Below, piece after piece: positions 19,565-30,397 of a DNA stretch of 64,000 nucleotides (positions are counted from its first letter, which is position 1; each line of letters begins with the position of its first letter). Under the pieces are notes generated by a model. It was not told where the DNA came from and made no database searches. It saw only the letters and a list, made by a program, of their open reading frames with translations. Source of the stretch: Bacilli bacterium. Its GTDB lineage: Bacteria; Bacillota_I; Bacilli_A; RF39; UBA660. The stretch spans positions 737 through 64,736 of the forward strand of contig JAFUTV010000002.1 of NCBI GenBank assembly GCA_017484125.1. Direction: 5' to 3'. A program made the position numbers and the translations under genes.

Positions 19565-21484
19565 TCATTTTAATTTCCATACTTTTTTTAAAAAATCAAT
19601 TCTATTTTGAATGTTCTTTTTTTGGATATTATTAAATTTAATTATTTCATCTATCTCTTTATAAATAGTTTCTATTTCTTTTAAATGTAAATCTTTCTTA
19701 GTGGTTGAACTTACATTATTACCATGTACTCTATAATAATTCAAAGGTTTATTTATATATGAAATATCACCATCTTTAATGACATTAACATAAAATAGCC
19801 AATCACCTGCTTGTTTATATTTTGAAGATTTTTTAAAATAAGCACTATAATCATTATTTTTTATAAGACAACTTGAAACATTGGCAATTGTATTATTTAA
19901 ATAACTATAGTTATTTATTTCCTCTATTCCTTTATTAACATAACTATTATCCCAGTGTTTAGTATTAAGAATATCTATTTCTTTTTTTATACTTTTTAAA
20001 GTAATATTACCAAATATATCAATAAATGCTGTATCAGAGTATGATATAACAATACTATTATCTTTTTTTATTGGTTTTATTAAATTTGATAAAAGATTAC
20101 TCTGACAATAATCATCTGCTTCAGCAATCCAAACATAATCTGAACATGCATTTTCAAATCCTTTTTGCCATTGAATGAATGCTGACCCACTATTCTCTTT
20201 ATTATATATTGATTTTATATTAATATAGTTTTTCGTCTTATTTACTATTTCTTCAATGATATTTTTAGAATCATCTGATGATTTATCATCCAAAATAATT
20301 AATTCTGATATTTTATAGTTTTGAGATAAAATAGAATAAATTCTTTGATACATAAATCTTGCATAATTATAGTTTGGAACTATAACGCTAACTTTTATAT
20401 CTTCTTCTTTTAAATTAGATTGATAGATGGCTTTATTTACTACATCATCAATAGATATATTATCTTTTATAGTTTTCTTTTTTAAAATTTTATATAAAAA
20501 ATCATAAGTACTTATTAAGTTATTAGCTAAAAAATAATGTCCTTCACATACTAATTTAAATAAGGCTTTATAATATATACGATGTTTTTTTCCACAATCT
20601 CTTAAAAAGGATCCAAAATATTTGTTTTGTCTAATATTATATTCTTTAGATAATATAGAATATTTTTTTAAAATATTTTTACGATGTTCTTTATTTTTTT
20701 CTTTTGGAATTGCATATAAAAGTAACACTATTATTTGATTAAATATTAAAGCTTCTTTAATATCATTATAATATTTTGAATTAATAATTCTTTTTAATGT
20801 TAAATTCACTCCATAAAAAATATCAAATCGTTTATCACTAAAGCCAGAATTTTGAATAGATCCTTTTCTTTGAATATAATTATAATATGTATTTGCGTAA
20901 GCAATTTTTTTTGAATTAACAAGAAGTGGTATTACAACTGCAATATCTTCATTTACTTTACCTACTTCAAACTCATAAATATTTCCATCATTTTTAAATA
21001 ATTTATTACACGCACTTGCAGCAAGTCCATTATTAACAACACTAAGCAAATTAAATTCATCATCACTATAACACTTTGAAATTAATTCTTGATTGTTATC
21101 TTCATAAATAATTTTCATGTCACATATTGCAATATCTGCGTTTTCTTTTTTTATTGCTTTATATAACAATTCATAAAAGTTTAAATCAATGTAATCATCA
21201 CTATCAATAAAGCTTAAGTACTTTCCATTAGCTACTTTCATTCCAGCATTTCTTGAAAAAGAAAGCCCACTGTTTTTCTTATTTTGTATTAGTTTTATTC
21301 TATTATCTTTCTTTAAATATTTTTTAATTGCTTTTAAAGTATCATCTTTTGAACAATCTTCAACTAATATTATTTCTAAATTAGAATACGTTTGATTAAT
21401 AATACTATCTAAACATTTTGATATATATTTTTCTACATTATAACAAGGAACTATAACGGATATTAAATCTTTCAAACCAATCAC
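19565..21484 (-). CDS. Glycosyltransferase with two GT2 domains
   Basis: ISVIVPCYN..DCSKD..FIDSDD; second VSVIVPNYN..AEADD. Confidence 0.92.
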   Translation of the reverse strand: MIGLKDLISVIVPCYNVEKYISKCLDSIINQTYSNLEIILVEDCSKDDTLKAIKKYLKKDNRIKLIQNKKNSGLSFSRNAGMKVANGKYLSFIDSDDYIDLNFYELLYKAIKKENADIAICDMKIIYEDNNQELISKCYSDDEFNLLSVVNNGLAASACNKLFKNDGNIYEFEVGKVNEDIAVVIPLLVNSKKIAYANTYYNYIQRKGSIQNSGFSDKRFDIFYGVNLTLKRIINSKYYNDIKEALIFNQIIVLLLYAIPKEKNKEHRKNILKKYSILSKEYNIRQNKYFGSFLRDCGKKHRIYYKALFKLVCEGHYFLANNLISTYDFLYKILKKKTIKDNISIDDVVNKAIYQSNLKEEDIKVSVIVPNYNYARFMYQRIYSILSQNYKISELIILDDKSSDDSKNIIEEIVNKTKNYINIKSIYNKENSGSAFIQWQKGFENACSDYVWIAEADDYCQSNLLSNLIKPIKKDNSIVISYSDTAFIDIFGNITLKSIKKEIDILNTKHWDNSYVNKGIEEINNYSYLNNTIANVSSCLIKNNDYSAYFKKSSKYKQAGDWLFYVNVIKDGDISYINKPLNYYRVHGNNVSSTTKKDLHLKEIETIYKEIDEIIKFNNIQKKNIQNRIDFLKKVWKLK

Positions 21485-21494
21485 CTACTAACTA

Positions 21495-23177
21495 CTATTC
21501 TTTAAAATCATTAACTGATAAGTTTGGATGATAAGTAGAAAATTTATCATCTAAATAACTTAAAGTACTAGCTAAAAATTTTGATCTATCTTCTTGAATG
21601 GATTTATCAAATGGTGTTCTAAATATTGATGTCGTCGTATTAATCATATGAAAATCATGATTTAGTGAAAGTCTAACCCAAAAATCCCAATCTTCTAAAG
21701 CATCAATATTTTCATCTATTCCACCGCATTCTTTAAATAAACTTCTTTTAAACATAACACTTTGAATTGGAAACAAATTAATATTATATAGTTTTTTTCT
21801 ACTAAATTTTCTTGCTTCATATAATCCGTATGCTTTTACTTCATACTTATATGGGTCTTTACTTATAACATTAATTTGAGTTTCAAAGCAACCATCATAA
21901 ACTATATCATAATTATTATTTTCTAATTCACTTACTAATACTTCTACATGATTATTATAAAACAAATCATCATCATCTAAAAAATTTAAATACTTTCCTT
22001 TAGCAAGTCCCATAGCAATATTTGCAACACGAGATCTTCCTGCATGTTCATTTGTTGCTTTATAAACTATATTTAAATCACTAAATTCTTTTTTTATCAT
22101 TTCTTTTGCTGTTGCTTTTCCATCCTCAACTACCACTATTTCAATATTCTTATACGTTTGATTTTTTAAAGATATTAAGCACTCTCTTAATGCATCTTTT
22201 CTATTACATGTTCTAACAATTATACTAACTAATGGATTAGTTTTAATTTTTTTATATTCATAAAAAGGCCCATCTTTTACTACTTCATAATCTAAATTAT
22301 TAACAAAAGTTGGTACAAAACTACTACTAGACTTAGTAATATTTATCCATGTATATTTTATAAAATTTTTACACAAACTATTTCTTACTGTTCTTTTTAT
22401 TTTCTTTTTGGTTGCTATATCCAAATTATCAGGAATATATTTTCCTTTAAATCCAAGGTTAAACATATATTGTAAACCTCTTAAATAATTTTTAAATTTA
22501 CCGTATTTTGCCCTTATATAATAATTACTTACAAATGCATAGACAAATTGAGTATATTTAAATTCATTTGGTTGCTCGTAAGAATAATGAATAATAGGAT
22601 TATCAAATAAATATTTTATCTTATAATTGTGCTTTCTAAAATTCCATGATAATTCTACATCTTCACAGTACATAAAAATATTAGTATCAAATCCATTTAC
22701 TTGTTCAAATACTTTTCTTTTAACAACCATACAAGCTCCACTTGCCCAAGTTGTATCTCCATCAACAGGATTATAATATTTTGGATGCTCATATGGTCTT
22801 TGTGCAAGTTCAAACATTGCAACATCATCACTAGCATCATTTATTTCTTTTTCTAATTTTGATAATGTGTCAGGAAATATTTCTGTATCTACGTTTAAGA
22901 AAAAAATATAAGGTGATTTGCCATATTTAGCTCCTTGATTATTACCATATCCAAAACCTTTATTAGAACTTCCCTCAACAACAATAAAATCATTAAACTT
23001 TTTCTTATAATTTTCTTGCATAGTTTTTAAAACAATTACTGTATCATCACTTGAATTATTATCATAAAAAATCAAAGTAACTCTACTTAAGTCATATTTA
23101 CTTTTCACAATACTTTTTATACAATTATCTAACCATTTTTTTGAATTATACGTTACAAATACTATATCAAAATTCAT
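21495..23177 (-). CDS. Glycosyltransferase with two GT2 domains (first rhamnosyltransferase-like)
   Basis: VTYNS, NKGFGYGNN, FLNVD, FMYCEDVE; second VSIIVRT..FLDDDD..EDWD. Confidence 0.92.
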   Translation of the reverse strand: MNFDIVFVTYNSKKWLDNCIKSIVKSKYDLSRVTLIFYDNNSSDDTVIVLKTMQENYKKKFNDFIVVEGSSNKGFGYGNNQGAKYGKSPYIFFLNVDTEIFPDTLSKLEKEINDASDDVAMFELAQRPYEHPKYYNPVDGDTTWASGACMVVKRKVFEQVNGFDTNIFMYCEDVELSWNFRKHNYKIKYLFDNPIIHYSYEQPNEFKYTQFVYAFVSNYYIRAKYGKFKNYLRGLQYMFNLGFKGKYIPDNLDIATKKKIKRTVRNSLCKNFIKYTWINITKSSSSFVPTFVNNLDYEVVKDGPFYEYKKIKTNPLVSIIVRTCNRKDALRECLISLKNQTYKNIEIVVVEDGKATAKEMIKKEFSDLNIVYKATNEHAGRSRVANIAMGLAKGKYLNFLDDDDLFYNNHVEVLVSELENNNYDIVYDGCFETQINVISKDPYKYEVKAYGLYEARKFSRKKLYNINLFPIQSVMFKRSLFKECGGIDENIDALEDWDFWVRLSLNHDFHMINTTTSIFRTPFDKSIQEDRSKFLASTLSYLDDKFSTYHPNLSVNDFKE

Positions 23178-23189
23178 AATAACACCCCA

Positions 23190-24179
23190 CTACTTGTTTA
23201 CTATTTTTAACATTTTATTAAGCATTTTCCATCTTTTACTATTAACAATTTTAGATAGTTCTTCTTTTAATTCTTGATTATCATTTTTTAATATTTGATT
23301 ATCATTTTTTAACTTCTTTAATTCTTCATTCATATTATTATATTGATTTAACATTTTTTCAAAGTAATCATCGTGTTTAACAACATCTAATTTTTTCTTT
23401 TTCTTTACATTAGTTAAAGATATTTTATAGACGTTTTGCAATGTCAAATAATCTTCTAAATTACCATCTAAATTAAATAATTCTAGATTCAAATCATCAA
23501 AATAAGGTGGTTTAAATAATATTCTTTCACAATGTTTAACATCAAAAAATATATTATATTCACTTTCAATATTTTCTATCATATCTAAAAAAGAATTATT
23601 TGTAAAAAATCTAAGATGAGTACTATCTAATATGCCATGTCTATTATAATTAAAATTTCCTTCAATTATGGATTTTATAATATCAATGTGGCTAATGTTT
23701 GGTATACAAACAATAATAGCACCATCTTTTTTTAAATACTTACTAACATTAGCTAATACTTCATAAGGATTAGCTAAATGTTCTAAAACATCAGCAAATA
23801 TTATATAATCATATTTTAAATTTAATTTATCAAATTTTATATATTCTGTTGCTTTATCATTTGATATTGAAAAATTATATAGATTTCTATAAATATTTTT
23901 TTTCTTACATACTTCATATGCTTTTTTATCATATTCAATACCATCAACTATACAATTCTTATATTTTGTTAAGATAGTGCCTAAAATACCACTAGCACAT
24001 CCAATATCAAGAACTACACTATTATTATTTATTTGACGTACTACTGCACTATGACCATCATTTTTTCTGTTTTCATCATAAACGTACTTATTATCATCAT
24101 AATCATAATTATTTTCTAATACTTTTTTCCCTAATATATTATTTTTAGCACTACCTAATTCAAAATATTTTTTTTGCAT
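23190..24179 (-). CDS. Class I SAM methyltransferase with C-terminal coiled coil (polysaccharide-associated)
   Basis: VLDIGCASG, FADVLEHL, GILDSTHLRFFT; coiled coil ending SKRWK. Confidence 0.88.
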   Translation of the reverse strand: MQKKYFELGSAKNNILGKKVLENNYDYDDNKYVYDENRKNDGHSAVVRQINNNSVVLDIGCASGILGTILTKYKNCIVDGIEYDKKAYEVCKKKNIYRNLYNFSISNDKATEYIKFDKLNLKYDYIIFADVLEHLANPYEVLANVSKYLKKDGAIIVCIPNISHIDIIKSIIEGNFNYNRHGILDSTHLRFFTNNSFLDMIENIESEYNIFFDVKHCERILFKPPYFDDLNLELFNLDGNLEDYLTLQNVYKISLTNVKKKKKLDVVKHDDYFEKMLNQYNNMNEELKKLKNDNQILKNDNQELKEELSKIVNSKRWKMLNKMLKIVNK

Positions 24180-24188
24180 ATTTTATCC

Positions 24189-25022
24189 TCACATTTCTTT
24201 TAATAATAAATATAATGATTTTAGTCTTTCTTTTTCTCTAAATAATTTAGATTTTCTAATACCATTATTACTTTTCTTAATGCTTGATCCTTCTTTATGA
24301 AATACTTTTAAATTTGGATCATAAATACTAGTTAAGTCATCTTTTACTATTCTAACATATAAGAATTCTTCTTCATGAAAAAGAAAAGTATCATTATAAA
24401 AAGGATATTTATATTTTCTTATATATTTATCACTAAATATAATTGCACAACCATGAAGTGCAACGCCCTTTTCTATAGTTTTACCATTAATTGGTTTATT
24501 ATTCTTAATAAACATATGTTTTATTTTTAAATAGCAATTTAATAATATATACAATAAAGAATTACTATATATTTTTATTAATTTATTACATTTTTTTATT
24601 TCATTTTCTACATCTTTTTTTTCTTTGATAACAGGAAATGGATTTATTGATTCACCACTTGGTGAGGAAATACTTGGACCCAACATATCAAAAGAATATG
24701 ACTGATAATCTTTATTTATGATATCTAAAAAATTATTTTGACTAATAAATACATCATTATTTATTACTATATAAAATTTAGAATTATACTTTTTCTTAGC
24801 ATAAGCTAATCCCTTATTATTTGCTTTAGCAAAACCATAATTACTATCTAACTTAACAATATCATTAGTAAATTTTTTAATTAATTTTATTTCACTATCG
24901 CTTAAAGTATTATTATCTACTACAATAAAGTTGGTATCTTTATTTGCAAGATTTTTTAAATTGCTTAGGCAATTAATAGTATCATCTATATTTTTGTAAT
25001 GTAATATTATAAAGCTATACAT
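24189..25022 (-). CDS. GT2 glycosyltransferase
   Basis: FIILHY, VVDN, NYGFAKANN, INND, FLFHEE. Confidence 0.88.
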   Translation of the reverse strand: MYSFIILHYKNIDDTINCLSNLKNLANKDTNFIVVDNNTLSDSEIKLIKKFTNDIVKLDSNYGFAKANNKGLAYAKKKYNSKFYIVINNDVFISQNNFLDIINKDYQSYSFDMLGPSISSPSGESINPFPVIKEKKDVENEIKKCNKLIKIYSNSLLYILLNCYLKIKHMFIKNNKPINGKTIEKGVALHGCAIIFSDKYIRKYKYPFYNDTFLFHEEEFLYVRIVKDDLTSIYDPNLKVFHKEGSSIKKSNNGIRKSKLFREKERLKSLYLLLKEM

Positions 25023-25024
25023 AT

Positions 25025-25801
25025 CTATACTTCCTCAGCAAATCTTTTTTCTAACTTTTTAAATATTTCATAACATATAATTAATATTAATAATCCAACC
25101 AAAAGTAATATTAATAAATTAAATATTTGAGGTACTTGATGAACATAAAAAATATCACGATATGCACTTATTAAATGTGCTAAAGGATTTAATTTAAATA
25201 TCCATACTAACCAAGATCCATGAAATATTTCTGTGGAATACAAAATTGGTGTTGCATAAAATAACATATTAATTAAAAAGGCTATAATATATTCAACATC
25301 TTTTATATAAACATTTATTGCTGATAATAATAAAGTAAATGCTAAAGTAATAATATATTGAATTAATGCTATAAATGGCAAGAATACTAAATGCCATGAT
25401 AATCCAACTCCACCAAGTAATACAAATATTAAAATAATGAAACATGATATAAGAAAGTTAACAAGTCCTGATGTAACAACAGAAATTGGAAGTATTACTC
25501 TTGGAAAATACACTTTTTTTATTAAATTAGCATTATTAGTAATTGAAGTTGTGCCATTAGAAATAGAATAAGTAAACCAAGTCCAAGGTATAATTCCACA
25601 TATCAAGAAAATCAAATAATTATCTGTTTGCACTTTCATAATATATGGAAATACTATTGCATATACTAATACTTGTAAAAGTGGATTAACAAAAGACCAC
25701 AATACTCCAAGAAAAGAAGCTTTATATTTTCCTCGTATGTCTTTTCTTACGTTTGTTTTTAAAAGTTCTCTATATTGATATAATTCTTTAAATGCATTCA
25801 T
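25025..25801 (-). CDS. wzm: Polysaccharide ABC exporter permease (Wzm/RgpC type)
   Basis: KYKASFLGVLWSFVNPL, LIKKVYFPR, FYATPILY, LNPL. Confidence 0.92.
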   Translation of the reverse strand: MNAFKELYQYRELLKTNVRKDIRGKYKASFLGVLWSFVNPLLQVLVYAIVFPYIMKVQTDNYLIFLICGIIPWTWFTYSISNGTTSITNNANLIKKVYFPRVILPISVVTSGLVNFLISCFIILIFVLLGGVGLSWHLVFLPFIALIQYIITLAFTLLLSAINVYIKDVEYIIAFLINMLFYATPILYSTEIFHGSWLVWIFKLNPLAHLISAYRDIFYVHQVPQIFNLLILLLVGLLILIICYEIFKKLEKRFAEEV

Positions 25802-25815
25802 AACAAAATCCTTTC

Positions 25816-26550
25816 TTATGCACATTCTTTTAGATAAGCTTCAATTACTTTATTACTATTTCCATCCATAGCAATCTCACCATCTTTTATCCAAATAGCT
25901 CTTTTACATAGTTTTTCTATTGCTCCCAAACTATGAGATACAATAACAATTGTTTTATTGCTATTAGAAAGTTCTTCTAATTTTTGAAAGCACTTATCTT
26001 GAAAGTGTTGATCTCCTACTGCTAATATTTCGTCAATAAGCAAAATGTCTGCATCAACGTTTATTGCAACTGAAAAAGCAAGTCGCATATACATTCCAGA
26101 AGAATAAGTTCTTACTGGACTATCTATAAAATCACCTAGTTCACTAAATTCAATTATTTCATTTAATCTTTGATCTATTTCTTCTTTAGTTAATCCAAAT
26201 ATTGCAGCATTAAAATATATATTTTCTCTACCTGTAAAATCAGGATGAAAACCTGCACCAAGTTCTAAAAGTGAAGTTAATTTACCATTAGTTTTAACTG
26301 TTCCTTTATTAGGATAAATAATTTTTGTCATTAGTTTTAAAAGTGTTGATTTACCAGAACCGTTAACTCCTATTAAAGCAACTGTTTCACCCTTACTAAT
26401 AGTCAAATCAATACTTTTTAATACAGTCCTAATTTCAGGTTTATTTTTCCATCCTCTAACTAACCTTTCTTTTAAAGTATTAGCTTTATCAGAATATAAT
26501 TTAAATGATTTTGTCATGTTTACTACTTTTATTGCTACATCATTATTCAT
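25816..26550 (-). CDS. wzt: Polysaccharide ABC exporter ATPase (Wzt/RgpD type, no C-terminal CBM)
   Basis: GVNGSGKST, YSSGM, IDEILAVGD. Confidence 0.93.
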   Translation of the reverse strand: MNNDVAIKVVNMTKSFKLYSDKANTLKERLVRGWKNKPEIRTVLKSIDLTISKGETVALIGVNGSGKSTLLKLMTKIIYPNKGTVKTNGKLTSLLELGAGFHPDFTGRENIYFNAAIFGLTKEEIDQRLNEIIEFSELGDFIDSPVRTYSSGMYMRLAFSVAINVDADILLIDEILAVGDQHFQDKCFQKLEELSNSNKTIVIVSHSLGAIEKLCKRAIWIKDGEIAMDGNSNKVIEAYLKECA

Positions 26551-26667
26551 ATTATATATATCTCCTATTCCTAAATAGTATACCAAAAAAAAGGCAATAA
26601 TACTATAGAAATATTGACATAAATAAATTATTTAATATATAATTATCATATAAAATAAGGTGGTTGT

Positions 26668-27315
26668 ATGAATAGTGTATATAAAAAAATAAGAAAGAAC
26701 TATTTATGGATAATTGCTTTTATCGCTTTATTAGTTTTCTTTTTTATTTTAAAAAAGTATTTTTCTAATGACTTAGAAAACTTTGATAATATGATATATA
26801 ATTTTTTAATAAAATATCAAAGTCCTGCCCTAACAAATATATTTAAATTTATTTCTCATTTATGTGGTCCCATTACTGTAGTGTCTATGTTATTACTTCT
26901 TGTAATATTTGGAAAAAACAAGGAATATGATCGTTATACAGTGATTATTACAGCTGGAGCATTTGTACTTAATTATATTGTTAAAATAATTTGTAGAAGG
27001 CCAAGACCTCTTGATATTAATTTAATAAATGAGACAGGCTTTTCACTTCCATCATCTCATGCAATGGTTAGTGTAGCATTCTATGGTTTTTTAATGTATT
27101 ATGTCTATAAATTAGATATGAATAAAAAGAAAAAAATAATTATTGAAACACTTCTTGGTATATTAATTATTTTAATTGGTATTAGTAGAGTATATCTTGG
27201 TGTTCACTATGCATCTGATGTATTAGCTGGTATGTGTCTTTCTATTTGTTATTATATACTTTTTATCAAACTTATATATAATAAAAGAAAAATAAAAAAC
27301 AATTCTAGTTTGTAA
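26668..27315 (+). CDS. PAP2 family membrane phosphatase
   Basis: K..RRPRP, PSSH, SRVYLGVHYASDV. Confidence 0.92.
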   Translation: MNSVYKKIRKNYLWIIAFIALLVFFFILKKYFSNDLENFDNMIYNFLIKYQSPALTNIFKFISHLCGPITVVSMLLLLVIFGKNKEYDRYTVIITAGAFVLNYIVKIICRRPRPLDINLINETGFSLPSSHAMVSVAFYGFLMYYVYKLDMNKKKKIIIETLLGILIILIGISRVYLGVHYASDVLAGMCLSICYYILFIKLIYNKRKIKNNSSL

Positions 27316-27414
27316 GAATTGTTTTAAAAATCAATTATAAATTAAAAGAGGGATTTCTTACTTTTATAATTGAATTTGATGTTTTATGAAATATAATCAA
27401 AAATTGAATTAGAT

Positions 27415-27762
27415 TTATTTTGAAGTGTTTTCAATCACTTCTTTTTTTGATGAAATAAAAGTTATTCTTTCTGCAACTACTTCTGTTACATAATGAAGTT
27501 TTCCATCACTATCTTCATATTTATCAGTTTGAATTCTTCCTTTTATTCCTATCATGTCACCTGTCTTGCAATATTCAGTAGTGTTTTCTGCAGCAGCATT
27601 CCATAAAGAACATCTAACAAAATCTGTTTCATACATGCCTTCAGAATTTTTAAATGGTCTTTGAACAGCAACAACTACAGATGATAATTTTTTACCATCA
27701 TCTTTTATTTCAAGTTCAGGATCCTTTGTTAGTCTTCCAACCAATACAACTTGATTCAACAT
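27415..27762 (-). CDS. ssb: Single-stranded DNA-binding protein, short SsbB-like form
   Basis: MLNQVVLVGRLTKDPEL; lacks the DDLPF tail; AAGGAGG RBS. Confidence 0.92.
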   Translation of the reverse strand: MLNQVVLVGRLTKDPELEIKDDGKKLSSVVVAVQRPFKNSEGMYETDFVRCSLWNAAAENTTEYCKTGDMIGIKGRIQTDKYEDSDGKLHYVTEVVAERITFISSKKEVIENTSK

Positions 27763-27989
27763 AATGCCTCCTTTCTTAAAAGCATACTCTAACAAAGCTA
27801 TTAAACTAAAGTCAAAACACGATATTTTAATTATTGTAAGTAAAACTATGTCTAAAAAGAAAATACTGTCTAAGCAAAAATTGATGCTTTTTTAAAAAAA
27901 ATGCTCCAATAATTAAATAATTGCATATTTTTAAAAAATAATAATTTTACACTAATTATTTACATAAAAAAAACTTATTAAATCAAAAT

Positions 27990-29282
27990 TTACGATTTAA
28001 TAAGTCTATTTAATTCTACAGCATATTCCATTGGAAGTTCCTTTTTAAAATCATTAATAAATCCCATAATTAATAATTCTTTAGCTAAATCTTCACTCAT
28101 TCCTTTACTTGTTAAATAGAATAATTTTTCTTCATTAATCTTTGATACTGTAGCTTCATGCTCAAGAGTAGATGTTTTATTTTCTAAAACGTTTTTAGGA
28201 TATGTGTCGCTAATTGATTTGCCATCTAATAAAATAGTGTCACATTTAATTGAAGCTTTTGAATTATATGCATCCTTAGAAATCTTAGTAGTTCCTCGAT
28301 AATTTGCAACTCCACCATTTTGGGCTATTGACTTACTAACTATATTGCTTTGAGTGTGATGCCCTAAATGAATCATTTTTGCTCCTGCATCTAATTTTTG
28401 ATTTTCTTTTGCATAAGCAATTGATATAGAATTTCCTTTAGAATAATTTCCTTTTAAAATACAAGATGGATATTTCATTGTTACCTTAGATCCAATATTA
28501 CCATCAACCCATTCCATTTGTCCGTAATCATCTACTATTGATCGTTTTGTAACTAAATTAAAAACATCAGTTGACCAATTTTGGATTGTGGAATAACGAC
28601 AATGAGCATGTTTTCCAACATATATTTCTACTACACCTGCATGAAGTGAATTGCTAGAATATGTTGGTGCAGTACATCCTTCAATGTATGACAAATCAGC
28701 ATTATCATCAACTATTATTATTGTTCTTTCAAACTGTCCTAAACTTTTAGAATTAATTCTAAAGTATGATTGTAATGGTCTATCCAATTTGGTATTTTTG
28801 GGTATATATATAAATGAACCACCAGACCATACTGCTGTATTTAATGCCGTATACTTATTTTCATCATACTTAACTAAATTATTAAAATACTTTTTAAAAA
28901 GATCAGGATATTTTTTTAAGGCATCATCTGTTGAAGTAAATATAATGTCATCATTTACTGAAGTATTGTGATAAAACACTTCAGATTCAATTTGATTAGT
29001 TACACCGCCAAGATACTCTTTTTCAGCTTTTATAACTCCTAATTCATCAAATGTATCTCTTATGTTACATGCTACTTGATTCCAATTGTTAGTCATATCC
29101 TTATTTACTTTTTTATAATAACATATATCGTCAAAATCTAAATCTAAAATAGGACCAAACTTAGGATTATCTAGACTTAAAAATTTATCATATGCTTTAA
29201 GTCTAATTTCAAGCATCCATTCTGGTTCATTTTTTTCTTTAGATAAATTTATGATAAAATCTCTTGATAGTTTTTCTTTCAT
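27990..29282 (-). CDS. sufB: Fe-S cluster assembly protein SufB
   Basis: NTAVWSGGSFIY, GQFERT, YIEGCTAP, LEHEATVSK, ELPMEYAVELNRL. Confidence 0.95.
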   Translation of the reverse strand: MKEKLSRDFIINLSKEKNEPEWMLEIRLKAYDKFLSLDNPKFGPILDLDFDDICYYKKVNKDMTNNWNQVACNIRDTFDELGVIKAEKEYLGGVTNQIESEVFYHNTSVNDDIIFTSTDDALKKYPDLFKKYFNNLVKYDENKYTALNTAVWSGGSFIYIPKNTKLDRPLQSYFRINSKSLGQFERTIIIVDDNADLSYIEGCTAPTYSSNSLHAGVVEIYVGKHAHCRYSTIQNWSTDVFNLVTKRSIVDDYGQMEWVDGNIGSKVTMKYPSCILKGNYSKGNSISIAYAKENQKLDAGAKMIHLGHHTQSNIVSKSIAQNGGVANYRGTTKISKDAYNSKASIKCDTILLDGKSISDTYPKNVLENKTSTLEHEATVSKINEEKLFYLTSKGMSEDLAKELLIMGFINDFKKELPMEYAVELNRLIKS

Positions 29283-29364
29283 ATAAATCACATTTGTTAT
29301 TATACTCTTGTTATTGCAAAAATTCAAATAATCTGATATATTTTATATAATAGGAGTGATTATT

Positions 29365-30063
29365 ATGGATAATAATTCTATTATGGAAGTATTACATAAA
29401 TATGATAATTTAAAAGATCTTTCATATGAAAATAATATATTATCATATAATGGTCAATCTATAAATATTAGTAATATTAAATTACTTGATTTTTTTAGTA
29501 ATAGTTACTCACAAATGTACATAGATCAACATACGATAAGTGCTCAAGATTTTTTCTTAATATTAAGTATTCATTCAAAAAAAATTGAAGATGATGATGT
29601 TAAGAATGAAGAAGAAAAAAAGTTTGATGTAATTAACGTTAATCATTATTTTAATATATTAAAAAATGAAATAATAAGTAAAAATGATAAATTATATGTG
29701 GCTGGATTTGAGTCATATATATCATCTTTAATAGAATATCAAGATTATCTTTTAAAAGATTGTAAATCATTTTTAGATGATTATACTAAAAGAATAATAA
29801 TATTAAATAGTTTAGAAGAACAATCTTATATAGAAGGTGAAAATTTTGAATACCAATTAAGTGAAAACGAAAAAAATGCTATTTCAAAATTTTATGAAAT
29901 ATCAGAATATGTAAGAAATAAAACAAATGACATAACTAGAAAACTTATAAGAAAAAATGAAGATGTTTCATCAGGTTATATAAATGCATTTATAGTAATT
30001 CTTACATTAATTGTATCTGGTATTTCTATTGCTATATCTATATTTTTCATGATAAAAAAATAA
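29365..30063 (+). CDS. Hypothetical tail-anchored membrane protein
   Basis: ORF with single C-terminal TM; AGGAG RBS. Confidence 0.7.
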   Translation: MDNNSIMEVLHKYDNLKDLSYENNILSYNGQSINISNIKLLDFFSNSYSQMYIDQHTISAQDFFLILSIHSKKIEDDDVKNEEEKKFDVINVNHYFNILKNEIISKNDKLYVAGFESYISSLIEYQDYLLKDCKSFLDDYTKRIIILNSLEEQSYIEGENFEYQLSENEKNAISKFYEISEYVRNKTNDITRKLIRKNEDVSSGYINAFIVILTLIVSGISIAISIFFMIKK

Positions 30064-30088
30064 AAATTTCACGAGTGTGAAATTTTTT
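30062..30088. terminator. Bidirectional terminator
   Basis: AAAAATTTCAC-GAGT-GTGAAATTTTT. Confidence 0.75.
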
Positions 30089-30347
30089 ATTTTGCTTCAA
30101 CAATTAATCTAATAGCAGTTTTTTGTTCATTATTTATTAATACATCATTAAATGCTGGAATAACATATAAATCATATCCAGAAGGGGATAAAAATCCTCT
30201 TGCAATTGCTATTGATTTTATACTTTGATTTAAAGCACCTGCTCCAATTGCTTGAAGTTCAACATTTCCATTTTCTCTAAAAATGTTAGCAATAGCTCCA
30301 GCAACTTTACTAGGATTAGACTTTGATGATACTTTAAGTATTTCCAT
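30087..30347 (-). CDS. spoVS: Stage V sporulation protein S
   Basis: MEILKVSSKSNPSKVAGAIA..QAIGAGALNQ..AIARGF; AAGGAGG RBS. Confidence 0.95.
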   Translation of the reverse strand: MEILKVSSKSNPSKVAGAIANIFRENGNVELQAIGAGALNQSIKSIAIARGFLSPSGYDLYVIPAFNDVLINNEQKTAIRLIVEAK

Positions 30348-30397
30348 GATTTCCTCCTTCACTACAATAAATATATGTCAAAAAAAAAGAAATATAA

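Noticed and set aside
27990-29282. Orphan sufB as a novel system
   Set aside because: Split suf operons are common and the other genes may lie outside the window.
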